Shown here in pieces: positions 31,511-41,049 of a stretch of 64,000 nt of DNA. The notes below the pieces were generated by a model. That model had not been told where the DNA came from, made no database searches, and saw only the letters and a list, made by a program, of their open reading frames with translations. The DNA is from Desulfobacterales bacterium (lineage in GTDB: Bacteria > Desulfobacterota > Desulfobacteria > Desulfobacterales > UBA5852). Both the position numbers and the translations under genes were made by a program. The stretch lies in NCBI GenBank assembly GCA_963674755.2, contig CAXXVS010000002.1, positions 1,344,001-1,408,000 on the forward strand, written 5' to 3'. Each line of letters opens with the position of its first letter. Positions within the stretch are counted from its first letter, which is position 1.

Positions 31511-31733
31511 TGCACCGAGCTGTTTTTGTCTTGTTGTTTTAACGATTTACACTACGACTCCGCATTAGATGATGGCTTTCTCCGTAGACCATGCCACGAA
31601 CGATTGCAATCTATAACCGGCCTGGCTTCGGCGAGCTGCTCCCATCCGCGCAGCCTCGTCCCATTTGCCCGCCGTCATTTTATCTGCTACAAAACACCGA
31701 CATTCACCCCATGCCATAGGAAAACCATCGCGA

Positions 31734-32222
31734 ATGGATCCCGAATACCACATCCTGACCATGCTCGTGGAAAACGAACCCGGGGTGACGGCCCGGGTTT
31801 CGGGGCTGTTTGCCAGCCGCAACTACAATATCGAAACGATTTGCGGCGCCCCCACCGCCAATCCCAGCATGTCCCGCATCACCATCACCACCCGCACCAA
31901 CCCGGAGCAGCTGGAGCAGATCATGAAGCAGCTGCGGCGCCTGGTGAACGTGATCAAGGTGCGCGACATGACCGGGGAGCAAGCCGTCCGGCGGGAGATG
32001 GCCCTCTTCTGCGTCAAGGCCCCTCCAGCCGACCGGCCTGAAATCCGCAGCATTGTGGAGACTTTCCGCGGCCGCATCGTTGACACCGGCAAAACCCATT
32101 TCATTATCGAGGTCACGGGCAGCCACGACAAAATCAATGCCTTCGCCCGCCTGCTGGAACCCTTGGGCATCAAAAAACTGGCCCGTTCCGGCATCCTGGC
32201 CCTCTACCGCGAAGCCGACTGA
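31734..32222 (+). CDS. ilvN: Acetolactate synthase small (regulatory) subunit
   Basis: LVENEPGV..F..RNYNIE ACT domain, KQLRRLVNV, LARSG. Confidence 0.9.
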   Translation: MDPEYHILTMLVENEPGVTARVSGLFASRNYNIETICGAPTANPSMSRITITTRTNPEQLEQIMKQLRRLVNVIKVRDMTGEQAVRREMALFCVKAPPADRPEIRSIVETFRGRIVDTGKTHFIIEVTGSHDKINAFARLLEPLGIKKLARSGILALYREAD

Positions 32223-32409
32223 CGCCCACCCCCGGCTCTTGGAGAAACGGCACGGTTTCGACAGTTTCCGTGCGCAACTTCACCCACATCGGACACGGCC
32301 GCCCCACTCCGTTTCGTAAAACCTTTGTAAAACAGCCGCCCCGTATTCCCCCCGCCGATGAATTGGCATAAAAGAGCCCCACATTATGTAGCATCAAAGG
32401 GAGCCTTGC

Positions 32410-33018
32410 ATGACCATTCATGATACTCTGATCATTCGGACGCTGATGCGCTGGCTGGCGCTGTTTTTCTTCCTGTGCACGGGATGGAAATCCGAAGGCC
32501 ATAAACCGGAGGAAGCGCGTTATGTCGTCATTGCAGCGCCCCACACCTCCAACTGGGATTTTATCTATACCCTCGCCCTATCCTTCATTTACCGGATCAA
32601 CCCCCGGATCATGATGAAAGATGCCTGGTTTCGCTGGCCCCTGGGCCCGCTGTTTCGATGGCTGGGAGCCTTGCCCATCGACCGCACCCAATCCCGCAAC
32701 GTGGTAGCCCAGTCCGTGGAGGCTTTCCAGGATGCAGACCGCATGGTTCTCGTGGTTCCGCCGGCGGGCACCCGGCGCAAGGTCCAGTACTGGAAGACCG
32801 GCTTCTACCACATTGCCTGCGGAGCGGGGGTGCCCATCGCCCTCGGTTTTCTGGATTACAGTCGCAAAGTAGGCGGCTTCGGACCGCTGTTCCATCCCAC
32901 CGGCGAGATTGAGCGCGACATGGCGGCCATCGGCGACTTCTACCGGCCCATTAGCGGCAAATACCCTTCCCAGGAAAGCCATATTCTGGTCCGTACCGAG
33001 TTGAAGCCGCCCTGCTGA
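32410..33018 (+). CDS. PlsC-like lysophospholipid acyltransferase
   Basis: HTSNWD (HX4D), PAGTR, WKTGFY. Confidence 0.88.
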   Translation: MTIHDTLIIRTLMRWLALFFFLCTGWKSEGHKPEEARYVVIAAPHTSNWDFIYTLALSFIYRINPRIMMKDAWFRWPLGPLFRWLGALPIDRTQSRNVVAQSVEAFQDADRMVLVVPPAGTRRKVQYWKTGFYHIACGAGVPIALGFLDYSRKVGGFGPLFHPTGEIERDMAAIGDFYRPISGKYPSQESHILVRTELKPPC

Positions 33019-33066
33019 AAGGCCTGCGCCCGACTGACCGTCACGCCCGCAGCCGTTTTTGGTGGA

Positions 33067-33178
33067 AATCGAAATCGGTATCGTGTTTTCGATCTTGCCT
33101 CCCCGACAGTCCGCCTATCTTTGCGGCCCTTGCGCTTTCAGAGGGCCTGAACAGCATTTTCCGATTCCGATTTCGATT
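33067..33178. repeat. Intergenic 17-bp inverted repeat
   Basis: AATCGAAATCGGTATCG (33067-33083) against CGATTCCGATTTCGATT (33162-33178), 16/17 complementary, between convergent genes. Confidence 0.6.
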
Positions 33179-33191
33179 GGATGAGCGGTGG

Positions 33192-33410
33192 TCAGGCCTG
33201 CAGGCCCCGAATCCACTTCAATAACAGGACCACGGCCGGCGCCAGGTGGAAGATGAGATCGAAGATATCCAGGGGCCTTGTCAGGGTTCCGTTCTTCAGC
33301 ATGATCAGTTTCTCCAGAACGTGGGGCATGGGCCGAAACGGCGCCAGCAGCATAAAAACGGTCAGCACCACCAGCGGCAGGTAGGGAATTTGGTCGAGAA
33401 ATTTCAGCAC
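33192..33410 (-). CDS. Small membrane protein
   Basis: GTG start; LAPFRPMPHVLEKL..DIFDLIFH. Confidence 0.7.
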   Translation of the reverse strand: MLKFLDQIPYLPLVVLTVFMLLAPFRPMPHVLEKLIMLKNGTLTRPLDIFDLIFHLAPAVVLLLKWIRGLQA

Positions 33411-33423
33411 GGCAGGCTTCCTT

Positions 33424-34173
33424 TCAGGCTGGAATGGTTTCCATGGCGGCAAAGCGAGGCTCGTGGAGGGGGATCAGGATGTCCGCCATGGCCTTGACCT
33501 CCTTCATGATATCGTAGGCGCGGTAAGTGTCGACCGGGGTTCCCGGAGGGATCACGTCCATTTCCATGGCCCGGATCTCCTTGGGCGGGAAGAAATTCTC
33601 CTCGATCACGCAGAACCCGGTGATGACGGCCTGTCCGGCGGCCGTCGCCACGATCACGGTCATACCGCCCTCGGTGTGCACCGGCGTGTGCATGACCCGG
33701 ATGCCGGGCAGCAGTTCACCGTCTTCGTGCACGATGTGCAGCTGGCCGTTGGCCTCGACATCTTCGATGTAGTCTTCCAGATAGCGAAAATCCAGCGGAT
33801 GGGGATCGTGCACGTGGGCGAGTTCTTTTTCATGGACGTAGATGACGGCATTGACGCATTTATAGTCGTTCTCGCAGTGGTCGTTGTGCAGGTGGGTGTG
33901 GATCACCACATCGATGGATTCCGGCGTCAGGCCCCAACGTGCCAGGCCCTCCTCGAAGGTATAGATTTTGCCGCCGATGGCCGCTTCCCGGTCCGCTGAC
34001 TGGATAGGGCTCATCTCGCCGGTGTCCACCAGAATCCGCTGGTCGCCGCCTTCCAGGTACCAGGCGTAGATCGGGATCACATAAGGCTTGCCGTAGTCGT
34101 GCTGGTACGTCATCATGCCTTTGTCAAAGGCCTTGGTACCCAGGACGATGGGATGGATCTTGTATTGGGTCAT
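33424..34173 (-). CDS. Metallo-beta-lactamase fold hydrolase, N-acyl-homoserine lactonase family
   Basis: LVDTG, HTHLHNDH, TPVHT, IPLHE; GGAGG RBS. Confidence 0.85.
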   Translation of the reverse strand: MTQYKIHPIVLGTKAFDKGMMTYQHDYGKPYVIPIYAWYLEGGDQRILVDTGEMSPIQSADREAAIGGKIYTFEEGLARWGLTPESIDVVIHTHLHNDHCENDYKCVNAVIYVHEKELAHVHDPHPLDFRYLEDYIEDVEANGQLHIVHEDGELLPGIRVMHTPVHTEGGMTVIVATAAGQAVITGFCVIEENFFPPKEIRAMEMDVIPPGTPVDTYRAYDIMKEVKAMADILIPLHEPRFAAMETIPA

Positions 34174-34527
34174 ATGGCGTCCTCCCCGGGAGTGAGAAAG
34201 GGTTTGCCGTACCATTCGTCCTGCCGGCATATAGGACTGATTGCACCGACACGGCCGACTTGGCGGTATGGTCGTATATCCTTCCTTTTAAAGCAACTGA
34301 AGGGCGGTCGTCAAACCCTGCCTGGGCTGCGCCAACCGCTAAAAGCGCTTTAGCCGTCACCCGACCACGGCTTCAGAAGTCAGTGGATATGAGATTTTTC
34401 TTCAATTTTTCGCATTGGACTGCTAAATTCAACCCGTATCACGGCTGACTTCGTCGGCATGCGGTCGACCATCCACATAGGGATGACAAAAACCAACCCA
34501 GAGCGACAGTTGCGGGAAAGGGCATTG

Positions 34528-36075
34528 ATGGCGGACAACGAAGGATGGCGTATCGTTCTGATCGACGACGAGGAAGGCATTCGACGCGTAACCCGCATTA
34601 CCCTCGAGGATGCCGGCTACACGGTTCATACGGCCGACAATGGGGAGAGCGGACTTGCCCTTTGCGCTGAGGTTCATCCCCAGATCGTCATCACCGATGT
34701 CCGCATGCCGCGCATGGACGGCCTGACCGTCCTTAAAAAAATCAAACAGACCTATCCCGATACCGAGGTTATCGTGGCCACCGCCTTCGGTGAGATGGAC
34801 CTCGCCATCCGCGCCCTGCAGCTGGACGCATCGGATTTCATCACCAAGCCCCTGCACAGCGACGCCCTTTCCATCGCTCTGGAACGGGCCAAGGCGCGCT
34901 GCAACGACCGCAAGCAGCTCAGGGATTACACCACCTTCCTGGAAGAAGGCTGGAATGATACCACCCGGGAGCTCATTGCGGCCTTTACCTTCCAGAACAG
35001 TCTTATTGAGAGCTCCCTGGACGGCATTATCGGCTGCGATGCCGAAGACGTGGTGGTCACCTTCAACCGGAGCGCCGGGGAGATGCTGGGATATGGCAAG
35101 GCGGAGGTGCTGCGTCAGGAACGCCTGAGCCGGTTTCTGCTGCCGGAGGATGAAGCGCGCCTTAAAGCGGCCCTGCAGGAAAAGGATCGCGGTGACGGAG
35201 GCCGGCTCCCTCTTTTCGAAACCAGCCTGTGCGGTAAAAACGGGCAGCGCATCCCGGTTCAAATGGCGGTAGCGCGTATCGTCATCCCTGAGGAAAGCCC
35301 CGGAACCGTGTGCTTCATCCGGGACCTGCGCGAAATCCGACGCCTGGAACGGGAGGTCGAGGATCAGGCCCGCATCCTGCACCAGGATAAAATGATGTCG
35401 CTAGGCCGCCTGGCGGCCAGCGTGGTCCACGAAATCAACAATCCCCTGGCCGGCATTCTGAACTACTGCCGTCTGATGCTCCGGATTCTCAAGCGGGGGG
35501 AGATTTCCGCCGAACAGCTCGAAAAATTCACCCGCTATCTGGATCTGGTGGAGAAGGAGACCAGCCGCTGCTCCCAGATTGTCTCCGGCCTGCTGACCTT
35601 TTCGCGCAAATCGCCGGCCGCCTTCGGCCCGGTGGCAGTGGACGACCTGATGCAGCGTTGCATCCTGCTCTGCCAGCACAAGCTCGAACTGAACAATATC
35701 CAGTTAGAGCTGGATATCGCCGCCGGTCTGCCTGCCATCAGAGGCGATCTCAACCAATTGCAGCAATGCATCATCAACCTTGTTTTCAACGCGGCCGACG
35801 CCATGCCCCAAGGGGGCTCCTTGACGCTTGCCGCGGCCCGCGGCCAGGCCTCATCGGAGGTTTGCCTGAGGGTGACCGACACCGGCGCCGGCATACCGGA
35901 AAAGGACCTGCCCCATATCTTCGAGCCTTTTTATACCACCAAAGACGAGGGCTACGGGGTCGGACTCGGGCTTTCCACCGTCTACGGCATCATTCAAAAT
36001 CACCAGGGCAGCGTGCAGGTGGACAGCCAGTTGGGCAAGGGCACAACCTTTGTCCTGCGCCTGCCGTCAATCTGA
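34528..36075 (+). CDS. Hybrid histidine kinase REC-PAS-HisKA-HATPase
   Basis: IDDE/TDVRMP/TKP receiver, HEINNPL, NAADA, DTGAG, GLGL. Confidence 0.93.
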   Translation: MADNEGWRIVLIDDEEGIRRVTRITLEDAGYTVHTADNGESGLALCAEVHPQIVITDVRMPRMDGLTVLKKIKQTYPDTEVIVATAFGEMDLAIRALQLDASDFITKPLHSDALSIALERAKARCNDRKQLRDYTTFLEEGWNDTTRELIAAFTFQNSLIESSLDGIIGCDAEDVVVTFNRSAGEMLGYGKAEVLRQERLSRFLLPEDEARLKAALQEKDRGDGGRLPLFETSLCGKNGQRIPVQMAVARIVIPEESPGTVCFIRDLREIRRLEREVEDQARILHQDKMMSLGRLAASVVHEINNPLAGILNYCRLMLRILKRGEISAEQLEKFTRYLDLVEKETSRCSQIVSGLLTFSRKSPAAFGPVAVDDLMQRCILLCQHKLELNNIQLELDIAAGLPAIRGDLNQLQQCIINLVFNAADAMPQGGSLTLAAARGQASSEVCLRVTDTGAGIPEKDLPHIFEPFYTTKDEGYGVGLGLSTVYGIIQNHQGSVQVDSQLGKGTTFVLRLPSI

Positions 36076-36114
36076 ATCCCGGACGGGGAAACACATCTTT
36101 CCTTTCGATCCAAG

Positions 36115-36143
36115 TGTTGCAATGCAACATTATGTTGCGCAAC
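36115..36143. promoter_or_regulatory. Overlapping palindromes, likely enhancer (UAS) for a sigma54 activator
   Basis: TGTTGCA-A-TGCAACA (36115-36129), GCAACAT-T-ATGTTGC (36124-36138), GTTGCGCAAC (36134-36143). Confidence 0.65.
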
Positions 36144-36301
36144 TCCTGCTACACCGCAACGGGTTGTTTTTATCAGGATTGCCTTTGGCATCAATACATT
36201 GCATGCCATCTTGACCATCTGACCTGATTTTCCTTTGCACCACCCCTTATTCATACCTATCCTATTGTTTTTATTATTTTTATATCTTCATAAAGATATC
36301 T

Positions 36302-36316
36302 TGGCACATTTTATGC
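36302..36316 (+). promoter_or_regulatory. Sigma54 (-24/-12) promoter of the hdr operon
   Basis: TGGCAC-ATTTT-ATGC with exact GG-N10-GC spacing, preceded by an AT-rich tract. Confidence 0.7.
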
Positions 36317-36440
36317 CTAGGTTTCTGCTAAAACATCCGGCGACGCCTATCAGTCCATTTTACAACGTCAGCACATTACCGCCACCACGTTTTATGTCCT
36401 TTGCACTTTCGTCGGAGCGCCTTTCAACATAGCAGGTTGC

Positions 36441-36995
36441 ATGACGCACAGTTCGCTTTCAGCGCGTCCGATCCTATTCAAGGGAGTTGCCTTGTCTGCC
36501 AGTCGCACCAAAAAGCGGGTCCTGATCGTCGACGATGACAAGAATCAGGCCCTCTTGTTGCGTTCGCTGATGCAGGCCAATGGATACAAACCCTTGCTGG
36601 CCGGAAGCAAACCCGAAGGCGTCAAGATGGCCGAGCGGGAAAAACCCAGCTGCATCATCCTGAACTGCATGATGTGCGGCGAAGAGGGCTTCTGCCTCTA
36701 TCGGCATTTCAAATCCGAGATCGCCTTCCGGGACGTGCCGGTCATCATGCTGTCATCGGTAAGCCGCGATATTCTTTTCCGCTTCCGTTCCCAGGCCGGC
36801 GCTTTTGGAGGCCGTGAGGCCCCCGAGCCGGAGGCGTTTCTCCAAACCCCCCCGGATATCGGCGAGTTGGTGGACACAGTGGCGCGTTTGACCGGATCCA
36901 GGGCATCCCCTTTGATCGAATCGACGTCCGGCGACGAAGCGCTTGAACCATCTTCTTCCAATCCGTCCAGGGATCCGTCAACGTCTTCACCTTGA
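36441..36995 (+). CDS. Single-domain pseudo-receiver protein
   Basis: VLIVDDD intact, phospho-Asp position is Asn (IILNCMM), KP replaced by TP; start uncertain. Confidence 0.75.
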   Translation: MTHSSLSARPILFKGVALSASRTKKRVLIVDDDKNQALLLRSLMQANGYKPLLAGSKPEGVKMAEREKPSCIILNCMMCGEEGFCLYRHFKSEIAFRDVPVIMLSSVSRDILFRFRSQAGAFGGREAPEPEAFLQTPPDIGELVDTVARLTGSRASPLIESTSGDEALEPSSSNPSRDPSTSSP

Positions 36996-37090
36996 CACTT
37001 CACACACGGACCCAGGGTGAAACAAAACCATAGCCATGGGAGTAGCGCCAGGAATTACCGCGTTCCCCGCCCCAATCAGGAGAGAGGTCT

Positions 37091-40000
37091 ATGGCACTAA
37101 AAATCGGTTTTTACATCTGCCATTGTGGGATCAACATCGCCTACAAAGTCCGGGTGGAGGAAGTGGCCGACTTTGTACGTCAGCTGCCCAATGTCGTGGT
37201 GTCCCGGGATTACAAGTTCATGTGTTCGGACCCGGGACAGGAAATGATCGAGAAAGATATCGGCGAATACGGTCTCAACCGGGTAGTGGTGGCCTCCTGC
37301 TCCCCGCGTATGCATGAAAAGACCTTCCAGGGGGCTTGCAAACGGGCCGGGATCAACCCTTACCTCTTCCAAATGGCCTCGGTGCGCGAACAGGTCTCAT
37401 GGGTGACCCTGGACGAGGACGAGGCCACCCTGAAGGCCAAAACACTGGCGGCGGCGGCCATTAACCGGGTACGCTACCACCACGAACTGGAAAGCCGCCG
37501 CGTGTCGGTGCATCCTGACATCATGGTGGTGGGCGGCGGCATCGCCGGCATGCAGGCCGCGCTGGACATCGGCGCTTCAGGGCACCAGACCTATCTCGTC
37601 GAAAAAAGTACCACCATCGGCGGTCACATGCTGCAGTTCGACAAGACCTTCCCCACCCTGGACTGCGCCGCCTGCATCGGGACTCCCAAGATGGTGGAGG
37701 TGGCCCAAAATCCCAACATCCACCTCCTCTCCTACAGCGAGGTCAAGGAAGTCTCCGGCTATATCGGCAACTATACCGTCAAGATCGAACGCAAGCCGCG
37801 CTACATCAAGGAGGGTGTCTGCACCGGCTGCGGGGAGTGCACCAAGGCCTGCCCGGTTACCCTGCCCAGCGAATGGGACGAAGGCCTCGGCGATCGCAAG
37901 GCCATCTACCGCGCCTTCCCCCAGGCCGTGCCGATCACCTTTTGCATCGACAAAAAGGACCGGGCGCCCTGCGTGGGGGCCTGCCCGGCCCACGCCAACG
38001 TCCAGGGCTATGTCCAGCTCATCAAGATGGGCAAGTACAAGGAAGCCCTGCAGCTCATCATGGAGAAAATCCCCCTGCCCGGCGTCCTGGGACGGGTTTG
38101 CCCGCACCCCTGTGAAAGTCAGTGCCGGCGCCAGGACGTAGATGCGCCCATCGCCATCCGCGATCTGAAGCGCTTCGCCGCCGACCAGGTGGACATGGAA
38201 ACCCTGGAGCTGCCTCCCATCGAAGAGAAGGAACAGAAGGTGGCGGTCATCGGATCCGGCCCGGCCGGTCTGACCGCGGCCTTCGATCTGCGCAAGGCCG
38301 GCTACCAGGTGACCCTTTTCGAAGCCCAGGACCAGTTGGGCGGCATGCTGCGGGTGGGCATTCCGGACTACCGGCTGCCGCCGGAAGTGCTGGATGGCGA
38401 AATCGGCTATATCCTGCGGCTGGGCGTCGATACCCGCACCGGCGTGCGTTTTGGCGCTGACATCACCTTGGAATCCCTGCAAGCCGACGGCTACGATGCC
38501 GTATTTCTGGGCATCGGGGCCCAGGAATGCATGAAACTGGGCATCCCCGGCGAAGCCGAGTGTGAGCAGGTGGTGGATGCGGTCTGCTTCCTGCGGGATG
38601 CCAATCTGGAACGCAAACCCAGCCCGGGTCGTAATGTGGTGGTGATCGGCGGCGGCAACGTGGCCATCGACGCGGTGCGGGTGGCCAAACGCCTGGGGGC
38701 CGAGAAGGTCACCCTGGTCTATCGCCGCACCGAGGCCGAGATGCCGGCCGAAGAGGAAGAGATCAAGGGCGCCCGAGAAGAAGGCATTGCTTTTCACTTT
38801 CTCACCTCGCCCCTGGAAGTTATCCAGAAAAACGGCGCGGTCGTTGGCATCCGCTGTATCACCAACGAACTGGGTGCGCCCGACGCCAGCGGACGAAGAC
38901 GCCCGGTACCCGTTGAAGGCAGCGAATTTGTCATCGAATGCGATGCCGTCATCCCGGCCATCGGCCAGCGGGTGGATCTCTCCTGGCAGGATCCCACCTG
39001 CACCCTGGACTGCACGCCCCGCAATCTGATCGTAGCCGATCCGGTCACGCAGCAGACCAGCCAGTCCCACGTCTTTGCGGCCGGGGATGCGGTAAGCGGC
39101 CCGGCCACCGTGGTGGAAGCCGTCGGCGCGACCCACCGGGCGGTGGAAAACATGATCCGCCATTTGGAAGGCCGCCCGGAAGGCAAGGCCGAGGCCCGCT
39201 CGGACAAAGCGTCCGCCAAGGCCCTCCCCGGCGCCAAGCCGTCCGCGGAATGCACCTGGAGCGATATTCCAGTGGACTGTGCCCCGCTGGCCCGCGAGCA
39301 CATCACGCATCTTGACTGGGCCGTGCGGGTAGCCGGTTTCGAGGAGGAATCCATTGGTCTTTCCGAAGACCAGGCCCGCCGCGAAGCAGAACGCTGCCTC
39401 AACTGCGGGGTCTGCTCGGAATGCATGGAATGCGTCAAGGTCTGCGAGGCCAAAGCCATCGATCACACCCAGGAGCCCGAAGAAATCGAAGTCAAAGTGG
39501 GCAGCATCATTCTGGCCACAGGTTACGACCTGCTCGATCCGACCCCCATGAAGCAGTATGGCTACGGCCGCCTGACGAATGTCTTTACGAGCCTGGAGTT
39601 CGAACGTCTGAGCAATGCCACCGGTCCCACAGGGGGCAAGATTCTGATGCGTGAGCCCGACGGCAGCTTCGTCCGTCCGCCCGAAAGCGTGGCCCTCGTA
39701 CACTGTGTGGGCAGCCGGGACGTCAACTACCACGAATACTGTTCCCGGGTCTGCTGCATGTATGCCCTCAAATACTCCCACCTGATCAAGGAAAAGGTCG
39801 GCCATCATACCAAGGTCTACGACTTCTACATCGACATGCGTTGCTTCGGGGAAGGCTACGAGGAGTTTTACCGCCGCTGCCAGGAGGAAGGCACTACCTT
39901 CATCCGCGGCAAGGTGGCCGAGATCAGCGATCAGGCCCAGTCGCCGGAGGAAGAGGGCAAGCTGGTGGCGATTGCCGAAGACACCCTGCTGGGCAAGCGT

Positions 40001-40528
40001 CTGCGCCTCCCGGTGGACATGGTTGTTCTGTGCTCGGCCATCCAGGCCCGCAGCGACGCCGTGGACGTGGGTCGCATCTTCGGGGTCAATATCGGCTCGG
40101 ACGGGTTTTTCCTCGAAGAGCACCCCAAACTGGGCCCCCTCAACACGGCTACGGACGGCGTCTTTCTGGCCGGGGTGTGCCAGTCGCCCAAAGACATCCC
40201 GGACACGGTCTCCCAGGCCTCGGGGGCCGCGGCCAAGGCCCTCTCCCTGGCCACGCGGGGCGAGGTGGCCGTACCGTCGGCCATATCCTGGATCGATCCG
40301 GACATCTGTGCCGGCTGCCAGACCTGTATCGGCCTGTGCCCCTATGGCGCCATCGAATTCGACGAGCGTCGGGGCGTCTCGGTGGTCAATGAAGCGGTCT
40401 GCAAGGGCTGCGGGAGCTGCTCGGGGTTCTGCCCGAGCGGCGCCGCGCAGGTGGCCCATTTCAACAAGCAACAGGTTTTTGCGGAATTCGAGGGCCTGAT
40501 GGATGCCCTAAAGGTGGTCGGGCAATAG
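37091..40528 (+). CDS. hdrA: HdrL-type heterodisulfide reductase subunit A with inserted GltD/NfnB-like module
   Basis: CHCG, GGGIAG, DKTFPTLDCAAC, CVGSRD..CSRVCC, C-terminal 2x[4Fe-4S]; internal GRVCPHPCE, GSGPAG, GGGNVA, YRR. Confidence 0.92.
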   Translation: MALKIGFYICHCGINIAYKVRVEEVADFVRQLPNVVVSRDYKFMCSDPGQEMIEKDIGEYGLNRVVVASCSPRMHEKTFQGACKRAGINPYLFQMASVREQVSWVTLDEDEATLKAKTLAAAAINRVRYHHELESRRVSVHPDIMVVGGGIAGMQAALDIGASGHQTYLVEKSTTIGGHMLQFDKTFPTLDCAACIGTPKMVEVAQNPNIHLLSYSEVKEVSGYIGNYTVKIERKPRYIKEGVCTGCGECTKACPVTLPSEWDEGLGDRKAIYRAFPQAVPITFCIDKKDRAPCVGACPAHANVQGYVQLIKMGKYKEALQLIMEKIPLPGVLGRVCPHPCESQCRRQDVDAPIAIRDLKRFAADQVDMETLELPPIEEKEQKVAVIGSGPAGLTAAFDLRKAGYQVTLFEAQDQLGGMLRVGIPDYRLPPEVLDGEIGYILRLGVDTRTGVRFGADITLESLQADGYDAVFLGIGAQECMKLGIPGEAECEQVVDAVCFLRDANLERKPSPGRNVVVIGGGNVAIDAVRVAKRLGAEKVTLVYRRTEAEMPAEEEEIKGAREEGIAFHFLTSPLEVIQKNGAVVGIRCITNELGAPDASGRRRPVPVEGSEFVIECDAVIPAIGQRVDLSWQDPTCTLDCTPRNLIVADPVTQQTSQSHVFAAGDAVSGPATVVEAVGATHRAVENMIRHLEGRPEGKAEARSDKASAKALPGAKPSAECTWSDIPVDCAPLAREHITHLDWAVRVAGFEEESIGLSEDQARREAERCLNCGVCSECMECVKVCEAKAIDHTQEPEEIEVKVGSIILATGYDLLDPTPMKQYGYGRLTNVFTSLEFERLSNATGPTGGKILMREPDGSFVRPPESVALVHCVGSRDVNYHEYCSRVCCMYALKYSHLIKEKVGHHTKVYDFYIDMRCFGEGYEEFYRRCQEEGTTFIRGKVAEISDQAQSPEEEGKLVAIAEDTLLGKRLRLPVDMVVLCSAIQARSDAVDVGRIFGVNIGSDGFFLEEHPKLGPLNTATDGVFLAGVCQSPKDIPDTVSQASGAAAKALSLATRGEVAVPSAISWIDPDICAGCQTCIGLCPYGAIEFDERRGVSVVNEAVCKGCGSCSGFCPSGAAQVAHFNKQQVFAEFEGLMDALKVVGQ

Positions 40529-40564
40529 CCCGGCCCTGTCACGCCTATCGAAGCGGAGGAAAAC

Positions 40565-40987
40565 ATGGAAGATTTCGAACCCGTCGTTGTCGCTTTTGTC
40601 TGCAACTGGTGTACCTACACGGCCGCCGACCTGGCCGGCACGTCGCGCCTGAGCTACCCCAAGAATGTCCGGCTGATCCGGGTCATGTGCACGGGCATGG
40701 TGGACCCCCAGTACGTGATCAAGGCCCTCCTGGAAGGGGCCGACGGCGTCCTGGTGAGCGGCTGCCACCCCGGCGACTGCCATTACATCAACGGCAATTA
40801 CAAGGCCCGCAGGCGCATCAAGCTGCTCAAGGAAATTCTGCCCCAGTTCGGTTTCGAGCCCGAACGCCTGCGGCTGACCTGGATCGGCGCCAGTGACGGC
40901 ATCGAGTTCGCCGAAGTCATGCGGGAGCTCGTCGAGGAACTCAAGGCCCTGGGACCGAGCCAGGCCAAACTGTCAAAGGCGGTTTAA
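40565..40987 (+). CDS. mvhD: MvhD/FlpD [2Fe-2S] subunit
   Basis: CNWCTY, RVMCTG, GCHPGDCHY. Confidence 0.93.
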   Translation: MEDFEPVVVAFVCNWCTYTAADLAGTSRLSYPKNVRLIRVMCTGMVDPQYVIKALLEGADGVLVSGCHPGDCHYINGNYKARRRIKLLKEILPQFGFEPERLRLTWIGASDGIEFAEVMRELVEELKALGPSQAKLSKAV

Positions 40988-41049
40988 CCGGACGGGCTGG
41001 AACGGCGGTCTCACCCGACCGCGCTTACAATTGCGAGCATGGAGGAGCC

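Noticed and set aside
32364..32380. Sigma54 promoter TGGCATAAAAGAGC upstream of the acyltransferase
   Set aside because: GG-to-GC spacing is 9 rather than 10
37577..40471. 964-aa antisense ORF, and similar long ORFs at 1525-3384, 10012-11634, 43643-45541 and 48996-50372
   Set aside because: Shadow frames of GC-rich genes with clear motifs on the opposite strand; no domains of their own
37091..40987. Selenocysteine in HdrL or MvhD (and in the peroxiredoxin at 30890-31510)
   Set aside because: These families often carry Sec, but all three ORFs are uninterrupted and have Cys codons here
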